This document shows, piece by piece, positions 41,601 to 53,503 of a stretch of DNA of 64,000 nucleotides. The notes beneath the pieces are model-generated. The model did not search any database. It saw nothing but the letters and a program-made list of their open reading frames with translations, and was not told the origin of the DNA. The stretch's first letter is position 1. Every line of letters starts with the position of its first letter. The stretch spans positions 19,344,001 through 19,408,000 of the forward strand of contig OZ241831.1 of the NCBI GenBank assembly GCA_965202585.1, given 5' to 3'. The translations under genes and the position numbers were made by a program. This DNA is from Thalia democratica. Taxonomy: Eukaryota.

Positions 41601-44600
41601 AGAAAGGGTTTATGTTGAAAACTGTCTTTAAAATAATTCTATCTTTTTAAGCAAACTAAGCGTTGGCCTTTGTAAAACACATGCGCAGCATTGAAATTGA
41701 TTTTCTGATAGTTTATCAGGAAGAACTACTCTGGATGCATAAAATATTTATAACTTTAGTACAAATTACAAGGACTGAGAAGAAGGAAAGTTAACCAAAA
41801 TTAAGAGCGACAGCGCAAATTTGGAACGGAGCTATAATTCTTCAAAGTAAACTTTGTTTGAAAAAAAGGATGAGTGTTTAATACGAAATTGTAAAAACAA
41901 CAGAGTATATTTGAACTTAAAGAACTTTTATATATCAAAAACCTCGTAAAAGTTCAAACATCTGTTTTCAAAGCTACAAACGTTATGCTTGGTTTGACCG
42001 AAGCTCCTTCATTTCTTAGTCAGTTCTGACGACAGAGGCAGCGAAATTTCGTCATTGTCGCATGAGAAAGATAACGAGTCGAGGTAAAGAGAGCGTTACA
42101 AGAGCGGGGAGTCATCGCTCAATTGTAAGATTCTCTCCGATTTAATGAAATGACGCATCGGCCGAATCGAGTCAGTTGTCGGCGGCCGGCCAAGTAAAAA
42201 ATCTTGCTTTGCGGATCTCAAACACAAAAAAAAGTTAATTTGGCTCCGAAATATATTTGTTCTTTTGCAGTGGCGCCGCCATTAAAGCAGCCTGTAACAT
42301 AATATCACTTTAACTCAGGTGTGAGCTCTTTAACGCTGCTTTGTTCGGAGCAGCACTCAGCACAAAGCGTCCTTGAGATTTTGTTTTAACTGCACAAGTG
42401 TACTCACAAAACTTCAAGTCTTCACAGACACTTAAAAAATATTGTGCCTTTTCAACTGTAATAAATTGTTGAAATAGAGTGTCTATTTAAAAATAAAGGT
42501 CAGCTTATTTAAACGAAGAAACGTAATTTAAAAATGTTCAGTCAGCAAGTTTAAATATAGACAATTATAAACGATTAAGTATATTCTAAAGTTAGCTCGG
42601 TGTGTTTCATTATTACACTATAATTGCTAAAACATGCAGCATGATTAATTCAGTCATTTCAGACACGATTAAAAAACAAATTTCAAAATTTATGTAAAAT
42701 TAAATAAAAAATTGATTAAATAACGGCTGTAAACAAGTTTAGGGGAATTGTATACTTATATGTAACATCAATATTAAATTACTAAGATGCAGCCAGATTA
42801 ATAAGTAACATAAAAGTATAAATATACTAACTTGGTACTGGTTAGTAGCGGATAGTAAGTCGTTAAGTATTTGTAAAATAGTTTGTGGGTCTCTTTTCGG
42901 TCTTCCTTGGGAATCTTGTATGTTTGGGTGAAGTGCACCTAGTTGTAAACCATTCATTAATTGTATTACTTAAAACTTATTGATAAGAAATAAAATAGTT
43001 ATCGACTTATTTTCCTCAGAGAAGTTACATTAAAACTAAATAATATTAAATAAAATAATGGTGAACAGAAAAAAAAAACTTATAATTATAGCATTTTTAG
43101 TCATTAAAAAAATATATATACATATCAAAATGTTTTAGTTAATATTTTAGTTTCAGCACAGACTTTATATAGTTACCATTGCTATTCCATTATTCTTTAT
43201 AAATTAAACATACAAATTAATGTGCATAAGATTGTTAAAAGTTTTAACATAAATTCAAAGAGGAATGATACTTCATAATGCATTTTAAATTGATGAAAAT
43301 GTATTCTGTTTTTTGTTATACTTTAATGTGTTTTTTCTCATAAATTAAGAATTACTTTGTACTTTTCAATATAAATCGACCTAAATTAATGTTTTCAATA
43401 GTTTGACGTTAAATAAAAGCCAACATTTTTTTACGAATCGTGGAGCTACTTTAAAAAGTAAAAAATAACAAGTATTTACCAGAAAAATCAATACAGCGTC
43501 TACAACGAAAGAAAAACGTTTAGTTTGTTTCGGCCTCACAAGAAAAACAAACGTGCATAATACCGAAGCGACGCGAGAGCAAAAGTTTATTTCGATTTAA
43601 CCGCACAAGCGAAAGATAATAACGAAATTCACACGACAAAACATCGGCAGACCACACAGGCGTTGCGCGCCGGAAACAACGGAAAGGCGCTAGCAGGCGA
43701 TGCCCCAAACAAGACATGCGGTCGCGAAAATCCTTGGGCAAACAGACGTTCGGCCAATAATACCAGCACAAAACAGTAGTCACGGAACAATGGCGAAAAA
43801 AACATTAAGGCAGCGCAATAATCACATATGCTGGCTGCGCTGTGCAAACACAAGGCTATTGATGAAAAGGATGGGCCGTGTGGTGTGTGTGAAATTAGGA
43901 TCGTAAAAGGACGTTTCGGTGAAATTCGCTGCAAACTAGACGCCTTGCATGGTGAGTAGCCCGAGGGCAGATTAATTTAAATATGTTTTTATGATATGAT
44001 AAAAAACTTACTAAATACTTACCATGACCGCCTTTTAGAGTTATTATTTTGTGATAAAACTACACGTTTTACAAAAATTAACCCAAGTATCTCTTCTTGC
44101 TTAAGAAGCAGTTTGGTTGTTTATATACTTAGGAGCGTTGAGATTTTAAAGGAAAATACCAACATAATCTATAGCCTATTTAACAAAAAAATTGTCTAAA
44201 AAAATAGGAAAAATTGGGAAAATGGATGTGGTGAAGTAATGTTTTTGACCTTATGTGACATAAATTATTTATACTTAACGAACTTATATTTATAAAAAGT
44301 TCATTGGTGTACTTTTATAGCAAAAAAGAATATCTAATGTAAATGATATAAACAAGATAAAACCATTGTTTGTTCAAAGAAATTTTCTATGTTTTTATAA
44401 AAATATACACAAAAAATATAGAGGTTTCCAACGAAATTAAAACTAATTAAATGTTAAAAATTACTATTTTTTCACAAAACAAAAATTACACATATTTACA
44501 ACCTAATTTAAATTAACTTGAACAAAATAAAAATAATGTGCAACATATTTATAGCTAGCCACAAAGAAAACACAAACATAAAATTAAAAAAAAACAGATT

Positions 44601-47600
44601 ACTAAACACATAAATGTTTTGCCTCGGTTGGTGTTTTTATTTATTATTCATTCAGCTAAAAAAAAACATACATACTATAAAAATTGACAAATTTAGCTTT
44701 CATTATATGTAGCAATCAAAACCAGTTGTTAAAAAAATTAATGAACATTAAAGAGGGAACAAACGTATTTGCAGAATTCAAAGCAACTTTCAGGTAGCAA
44801 CTCGCAGAAGCACAAATGTTCGATCAATGAGAGGCAGGACTGCGCGTAAATTATTGATGAAAACAAGCAGTTTGCTACAACCGGGATGGCAAATTGTATG
44901 ATGAAAAATGCCACTGTTGTTGGCTCTCGCGAACCTTCCCGGCGTTCAAATGAATGAAATTCTCTGGAAATAAAAGTGCAGCGGACATCTTTCGAAAAAC
45001 AGCAACCTTATCTTACCGCTTGCTCGATATTCTCACACTTAACTGATATATTTATTCGACCTTGGTGTTTCTTTACTTTTGTGTTTGCCGTTATCAGTCG
45101 ATGTTTTTGCGCGAATGCAATTTTTGACAGGTACACACGGCGAAACGTGGCAAGAAAAATTCAATTTATACTGTTCTTAAAGTTACAGAGCTGTAACTAT
45201 CACTCGTTTGAACACTGCTATTCGAATTTGTTTGACGTACTAAACAAAATTGGGTTTTAAAATTGTATGTAATTGCGCCATGTAGGTAACGATTTTCTAA
45301 CGCGTTGTGAACTTTAACGAAACCTCAGTTTATGACCGTCACATAATTATAAACTGATGCACAAAACAAGGCCAAATTTTACATAACTTGTTTGCATTGC
45401 AAACACGGCAACATTAAAGAGTTAGATACAAAAAAAAAACAGCCGAACATAAATTTTATTACTGAATTTCATGCGTGCTAAAGTAAATTGATTTCATAAA
45501 ATTCAAAAAAACGTTGGAGACAGACCTGAGAAAGTTCCCGAAAATATACCAGGTCCGTGAGATATGAAACTGTCAATACTGGCGCCGGGGACGTTACTGC
45601 TGCTTGCCTTTTGTTCGTTGTGACGTGTGTTGCGGCCTGAAGGGATGCCACTTGAAGATAATCGACTTTTCTGTGAGATATGTACAACTAATTTTAAAAC
45701 ATTTGAACTTAAAATTATGTTATAAACTAGCTCGTTTATACCTTTAAAAATTGATTTACTTGAAGAGAATATATCTTATACAAAAGTTTAAATATAAACA
45801 CAATTAAGTAAGTAAGTTAAAATTAAATAAACTGTCTAAATGCTGCATTTCTACTAAATTTAAAATAAAAGCATGAAAGACTTTTAATCGCTAAAAAGCA
45901 GAATTCTCAAACTTTGGAGCGTCGAGCAAATTTGTTTATACATAAGAACGACAGCAGTGCGGCTAAGAGAGCGCAAAGGGAGGCCGACAGAAAACCAAGA
46001 AAAAGAGTGACCTTTGCAGTCAAACGAGCTGTAGTCAGTTGAAACTCTTCGTTGAGATACTTGCGTGGAGATACTGCTAGTAATGAGAAAATAATGCCGG
46101 TCTGGCAGCGCGCATATAAGAGAGCAACTGTTTTCGAGTCAACTGGTAGAAATTGCATGCTGCTCTGTGCAGCTGAACGATTATCTAACGCTGTTTCGTT
46201 AAATGTTTGAATTACTACGTCACTAAAATTCATCATTTCTATTTTTTAAATATGTTAGTAATACTGGCTAAAATATGTTAGGAAACAGATTTTGTCAAAC
46301 TTAATTTCTAAGGGTGTTGAGTTTTTTAAAACCAAACAATTAAGTAACCCAGTGAGATATAATACTGTGTTTTAAATAATTTGAAAACGAAATACAAAAA
46401 GAACTTGATATCCGCCAAAAAACCGCGTAAGTAACGTGTGAAAGTTAACATAAATATTTCGTTCACTCCTTTAACTTTTTCACGCTTTTGAAAACTGTAA
46501 AGAAATATTCGTTAATAAGTCATTTAAAACTGTGAATGCGGATTAAAATCTTCTCAATTTCAGAAAAACGCCTACCTCTACTTGGTTTTTCAATGCATAT
46601 GGGTGTTATTTAGAAAATTTTATATCGTGGGTTGATTGCAGAGCAATAATCCAGGCAGATTTTTTTATTATAGTATAAGTATAAACTTTGCTATGTTCTA
46701 GATTATTTTGAAAGCGACTGTAATGTTTACGTTTATATACTACACGTTCAAGATAGTAGTATAAAAAGCTTATTAAACAATCTATTAAAAATTGTTTAAA
46801 AAAAAGTAAAACTATTTAAAGTAATTATAAATAACATTGTATAATTCTTGACAACTAACTTTGGAAGTTCTAGAAGAGCTGCTGCCGTCGCAGCTGTAAC
46901 TGGACTGATGCTTTGCAGCGTGAACGATGGAGGAAATTTCAGATGCCAGTTCAGGGCTGCTGTAGGCAACGCACTGCTGATGTGAGGAACACAACCTTTT
47001 CAACCGCTGCATCTGACGCACTATTTTCGAACCTGCTGGCAAATTTGATAAACATTACGCTTTTTTTTTGTAATATAAACAAATGCTCGAAACAATTTTT
47101 TTTGTATTTGTTTTCAAAGATTTACGAAAATATTTTTAGTTAAGCATTTGAAAGGAGCTTCGTTTTAAGCACTAAAAGTTGATTATTATCTATTTAGCGA
47201 CACTTTTAAAACAGCTTTATTGTACACAGAGCTAAGTTAAGTACAGTATAGTTACTAAACAGTTGCAAAAAGAATAACCACACATTTACTAATCACATTA
47301 AAAGTAGATAAACTACACTTAAAAACACAAAAAGCAAACGAGTTTTTTTCCTAAAACAAGTACAATTTTCAAATTTTAAGTTACTTAAACTAAAATTTAA
47401 CTTGAGATTTATCTTTAGTAAAAAGTTTCGTTTAAATATCAACTTGTCTTTTGTACGTGTTTGAAAGTAAACACTTGACACAAACATCCCTAAAAACGTC
47501 GCCGCAAAAGATTAAAAGCCACTCTTAAATTGATAAGCACCATTCGCTTATGTGAATATAAATTTGTACCCATCGTAAAAACTTTAGCATCACGCAGCCT

Positions 47601-50600
47601 TCTTTGTTCCAGCGGCGAACGTTGCCCTATTAATCTTTGAAACAGGCGAAAAGCTGTTGTTTGTGTTTACCAAACCGATAGACAATTACAAGCAACAGCT
47701 AGAGCATTAAATTAACTACCAGCAGTTTTTTTTTCCAACCCGAACGCAGCGTGCCTACCAACCAAACACGTAGCTTGTTTGCACAAAAGGCCGCTCCGAG
47801 CACGCATATACACTTTTTTAAAGGCAGACACGGTCGTTAGATAAACTTACTGGTAAACAGTCGCTTTGGCACGAGCTTGTCTAGAATTTTGATAAAGTTG
47901 AAGCATGACAACTTAACAGTTCGGGTAAAATTGAACAGTTTATTTTTGTTTTATGCCGAGTGGCGCTGCAAATTTTGAAATTATCACGCTGAAACGCGTG
48001 TGAATTATTCAAGAATTCATACTGCTGCGCATTTTTCATTCCCTTGCCAAACTCTCAATCTACATGTAAATTCAGAGGCAACCGAGTTGCCAATAGGAGT
48101 TCAGCGAGTAGAACTGATAAACTTATATGCAATCTTTGATAAAAACTATCGTATGTTGTGTAAAGAGCAGCACGTATAAAACGAATTGTTAAGCAATCAA
48201 CAAGTCAGCAGAAAAATTTAATTGATTAGTTTAGTTCAGTTTAAAATCTATATAATATAAAATGTGTTTTTAAGCAAAATGTGTTAAATTGCTGTATAGG
48301 CAACTACGTGTTGGATTTATAAGCAAGGTTATTATAATGCGTGCTTTAAAAGAAATAAAATTAATAAAAACAAGGAAGAGGTAATGACTAAATTATTTAT
48401 CAAAAAATCGTTTAAATAAGAAAATCGATAAAAATTTGCGTAATATTTCAACATTAAACAGAAGGTTTTTTGAAGCAAATTGATTATTTCAAACCAACTT
48501 AACCCAGTGTGTTCATTCAAATGTGTAATCACAAAAAGATCTTCCACAGACCTCGGATATTGGCATGCTGAGATAAGAAAACGCAAACTTTTTGTGAACC
48601 AAAGAACGCAAAAGAAAAGTTTTTAATTTCAAACACAGCCTGGAAATTTCGGTTAGCTGCTAGCGAAAAGCCGCAGCCGAAATTCAAAATCTTTCAACCT
48701 CGCAGTGGCGGCCTCGTTAAGCCTCATGCAAAACTCAGCTTGCCAATTAGCGCAGATAAAAAGCACATTTGGATGGATGGGTGGCATTTTAGAGGCGTCA
48801 TTATAGCCAAGTTCGTGGCACTTGAAGGGCTTGCCACTGCGTGCTGCATGCATAACGACGCCAACGAGCAAGCACTTGAGCACCTATACACTGCTGATTG
48901 ATGCAGAAAAAAACAAAAGCGACACGAAAATTGCTAATTATTTGCACTTTGAAATTTGTTTGTATAAAAGCTTGTGTTTGATGGAAAGGCGCTGCTTCGA
49001 CTTTGTATTAGAGACCAAGCCCACGGCAAAGCTTTTAATAAATCATGCTTTGGGCGCTCAACACCTGCGGTTGGCGTCGCCAAAAAAGCTTAGCATCAAA
49101 AATTGGCTTTTGCTGAATAGTTAGCACCTAACTTACAGATGCTAAAGCAAATATATTTGTTGATATTAAATCAATAAGATTTCATAAAGTTTAACTTAAA
49201 AATACTAATTTAAATTAACGTGTGGAACAAAATAAATTTAATCTTTGAAAAGCATATGTTCTGTTTGTAACATAACTTTTAACGTTATCAATCTCTAAAT
49301 AAAGTTTAATTCAAAGAAACAAACCAGAGCTAGAACTGGACTGAGATAGATACCCGACACCAGAAGCTACCCTGCTCGAACTTGATCTTCTTCCAGCTTT
49401 CATGCCCGAAGAAGATTTGCTGCTCTTTACTTTTTTGTTGTTAGCCGAGGCATTGGGTAGAGATGGTAAAACGTTCCTGTTCTTGTTGACTTGCTTGCCA
49501 GGAACACTTTGACTGGACGATTTCTTGGGAGATTTCACTATTTCGTGTTCGTAGGGCACGGTGGCAGTTATTGCTCTTTTCACCCGGGAATTTTGGCGGT
49601 TGTCGGGCAATTGCCTGGGCATGAAGTCGTACATGAACGGCTGCTGGTGGTGAAGTTGTAGGTTGGTGTGATCAATGAAAAGTTGCTGGTGGTTCTGATT
49701 AGCTGAGGAAGTTGGCATCTTGCTGTCTTTGCGGCGCTGTTGCATCTTCAGCAGAGTTTCTTGCGCCAACCAGTTCTTCTTGTGCTGACTGAAAAATAAA
49801 AAGCTGACTCAAAAACTACTTGAAATACGATTTTAAGCGTAATGAAACTTTAAAATGTATAACTTCTCTTTTCGAAATAATTTTAATTTTAAGAAAATGA
49901 TTTTAAAATGTGAACACAAAAAACACACGAGTAGGAAGCTCCAAGTGGAGATGAAGTAGTCGAATTGGTAATAAAAGGAAGAAGAGATGGAAAAGGAGGC
50001 ATTGTGCTTGCCGTGTTCAAAGAGGGAAAATTCAAGGAGGGATGTTGAAAATTTGTTGGTTTTGGCGGTAAATTTGTGGAAACTTTTGGTATTTTGCGCT
50101 TCACATCATTGTCACTTTGATGCTTTGATTGTAACTCTGAAATTTATTCATCTAAGAAAAATATACATAAAAATTTTTTTTACCAATACTTTATTTTAAT
50201 AATTGATTAGTTTAGTTTTATAGTTTAACAGGTCGAAGATATCAAAAAAAACCTTGATTAGGTTTAGGAATTTTCACAGGTTGTTTTTGAAAAGAAGTTG
50301 GAGTGACAGAAGTAACACGTTTTCGGTAGTTATTCGATTTAGCTGGTTCTTCTAATTGAAGCTGAACAAACATCATGTGATCACCAACACGAAGTGCTAG
50401 AGTCAACGGTGAACGTCCAGATAAAAAGTCATCAATCTAAAAAAATTAAAATAAAATATTTTAGTATGATTTTTCATTACAAATTATAATTAATAAGAAT
50501 TTTAAACTCTGGTTAACAATAGATTAAATTATAAACAAATTAAAACGTTAAAAGTTTACATTTTTTCAATGAAGTTAGCATAGATTAAAGTAAGTTATGA

Positions 50601-53503
50601 AAAACTATAATATTAGTCAAAAATTAATTAACTTTAAAATTAAATTAACAACAAATATATATTACAGAAAAAATAAATAAATTTTAAAATTTTACAACTA
50701 TGCAAATAAAAAATAAATTTCTTGAGCACAGATTAGTTTGCTTCATGTGATAATAACCAGAGACAAGCGACTGAAGGTACTTGAGTGGTAAGTAAGCCAG
50801 TACTAGTGAGCAGTTTTTACTACTCACACGGCGTGGCCTAGCGTGCCCAAGCCAAACACACAGCCATGAAAACTTATTAACCGCTCGTTCTTATGTTTAA
50901 ACGTTGTCACACTTTAAAGTGACTGGTGTTGATTTTAGTAATTATATTCAATTACTGCACGTTTAAACGCCAATTGCAAAGTGCGTGTATTGGCTAATAC
51001 GTGGTAATAATAACAGTTATGACACGCAATAGAGCACAAGTAAACTTTAAAAATAACATTATAAATAAGGACAATTTTTTTGTCAAAAGTTAAAGATAAA
51101 CACTTATAACAAATTAATTAATCTTAGTCCTAAACATTAATTAATATTTTTGACAGCAAAATAACTCAAACAATTTGCTGCAGAGAACGAGAAAACTTAA
51201 TTGATAGCAATGGGAGCGTTCAGCTCAAGCCTTAAAAATGTTGTTTTAAATCGAAACGAAATAATTTATGTGCCACTCTCCGGCAGCCACAACGCACATA
51301 ATTTGCAGCGCACACACAGCACACCTTTCCAACGACCCTTCCTGTTTGCCTCGCAACTATTCAACCGCGCTTTCAAACGCACTTTCTCAAAACACCGCGA
51401 AGCCGCCAACGGGAGTGTTTCGAGCAGATAATCTTTTGTCGAATAGAAAAACTCCATAAACAATCAACAAGTTCGTGACGCACACATTTCATGTTATATA
51501 TTAAGTGTTTGCTGAAAACTTGCTTTATGTACACGATATTTCAAACGTGCATGAGTATCAACTTTAAGACTTTTAAAATTTTAGCTGAATGGTGCAGAAA
51601 GGACTTCCTGGTACTTTTCATGTAGTCATTTAATTTTTCGTGGAGCAGTTACGTTTCTCCTTCCTTTTAAATTCATATATGAAATATATGACACACAATG
51701 ACATACGTAGGTGGAAAATTCATATTCAAAATAAACTACAATTGAAGTTGAAGCCGTGTACTTTTTCGATTGGTTTTACGTATAATAAAAATTAGAATAA
51801 ATACTTCGAGTTTCAGATTAAACATATAAGTAGTTTAATTTGAAAAAACTATCAAAATAATTTCATGTTTGCTTATTTTAACTCATCTAGAAGTCAATTT
51901 TCGAATAACATAGAAATAGTGTGTAACTTTTATTTTTTTAAATTTCACTACCAAGATTTTAAAGCTCGCCTAAAATTCAACCTCAGAACAAAGAACAAAA
52001 CATCGCCAGTTGATTAAAAGGAAGCGTCGCAGAGGCATAAAGAAAAGAAGCTTATGATTTCATGTGATGCTGGAAAAACCTAAAATGCAGTTCTTTGTTG
52101 TGAAACGTTGATTTTGACAGGCCAGGCGTGCATTGTTGTGCAGTGGGCAAAACAAGATGAAAAGTTTAAGGTTTGCCAGATCACAATTACTTCTTATCTT
52201 GAAAGCCTCGCAACACAAGTGCTTGAGTTATGTGAAACAAAACGAACGGCATCTGAAAAAGTCGGCCACAAGCATGCTACAAACTTACTTATCAAACACA
52301 ACTTCAAGAAACTTTATTTTAAATGTGTCTAGTAGATATCTATGCGGAGTATAAAGCTTAGTAATAAACTTGGTTACATAAACATGAATACTAACTGAAT
52401 TCAATAAAGAGATGTGTTTTAAAAATATTTCATAACGTATCTTATTTTAAGAAACACGGTAATATGGTAAGAAACAAACTAAAAATAAACAAATAATAAA
52501 ATATCCTGTAGAAACTAATTTTGTTAATTATTGTTATATTAAACGAAAGAAATTAGAAACCGTTTGATTAATTAAAAAAATAGTGCTGGCAAAATTCGGA
52601 ATATTGTAAAATAACTACAGGTGAGATTACAATTTTTCATAATTATATTACAAAAAAAGAATAAAAAGTCAATTATTATAAATGTTACAAAAGCTTTTAA
52701 TATTTAATAATTTTAAAATTCAAAAATAAGGCATTATGATTTTTTTTATTTAACTTGTTTTAAACAAGATTATAGATAACAACATAATTTTTAACATTTT
52801 ATAATTTTAACAATAAACACTAGTTTGAAAATTAGAATCAACTCAAAATATACTATGTAGAGCAACTGAAATGTATTAACCTGCTGATCAGATAAGCTTT
52901 CTATTGCGTTGATCACAGACTGCTGAGTTCCTTGAACAGTTGACTATTAAAAATATAACATAATTTAATTAAAAAGATGATTAAATGAAAATGTTTAAAA
53001 TTTTAAACTTTAATATGCAAAATTAACTTACAGAAAAACCACTTTCTATTGCAGGTAAGAGCCTCAATTCACTTCCTTCACTAACACCATTGTCCTCTAA
53101 CGTTCCATATGTTAAAACTCTGTAAAATAGTAAAGTATGAAACTTTGATGCTAAAAAATAATATCAAGTTGGTTAAAAAAACTATTTAAAACTAGTAGAT
53201 TAGAAAGAAAAAAAATTAACACTGTATTTTTAGTTCTTTTTAGACAAAAGCAATTTGTTAGAGAATACTAATAAAACAAGTGTTACAAGTGAATTTGTAA
53301 AAAAAAATAATTATTTACTTTTCTCTAAAAACTATTTTGAGCTTTTCTCCAGGCATTTGAAGGTGTCGAGCAATTTTTCTTCTTAGTTGAACAACAGTAT
53401 CTTCCTTCAAAACTTCTAACTGAAACTTACCACCAGTTGTTGGACTTATAACAACATTTACCTTTCTATTTGAATTGTATTCAGCATTTATTGACAAGTC
53501 CAT
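35653..53503 (-). CDS. MIDN: Midnolin orthologue (Ubl + Catch1/Catch2 + C-terminal helix), 760 aa, 14 exons
   Basis: Exons 53319-53503, 53032-53119, 52881-52943, 50253-50436, 49929-50136, 49325-49788, 46860-47035, 45526-45670, 42832-42938, 41384-41476, 38366-38396, 37422-37568, 36504-36790 and 35653-35757 total 2283 nt in phase. Ubl: [32 protein letters not shown]...[13 protein letters not shown]. Catch1: [43 protein letters not shown]. Catch2: [56 protein letters not shown]-terminal helix: [27 protein letters not shown]. The low-complexity linker exons (especially 38366-38396 and 37422-37568) are inferred from phase and splice signals and are less certain. Confidence 0.93.
40499..40654. repeat. 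~50-bp unit x2.3 flanked by a 14-bp direct repeat
   Basis: The unit aaactttgtatcaaaaaagcctttgctcactactggttggagcactctt is repeated from 40527. aaattgctaaaatt occurs at 40499-40512 and 40641-40654. Confidence 0.85.

Noticed and set aside
43520-43934. Three overlapping ORFs (also 48653-49124 and 51201-51463) in GC-rich intronic islands
   Set aside because: Open frames on both strands are expected in GC-richer DNA. They have non-ATG starts, no fitting splice phase and no recognisable protein. They are treated as non-coding islands.
53464-53475. 12-nt match to the ascidian spliced leader
   Set aside because: It is antisense within midnolin coding exon 1 and short enough to arise by chance.
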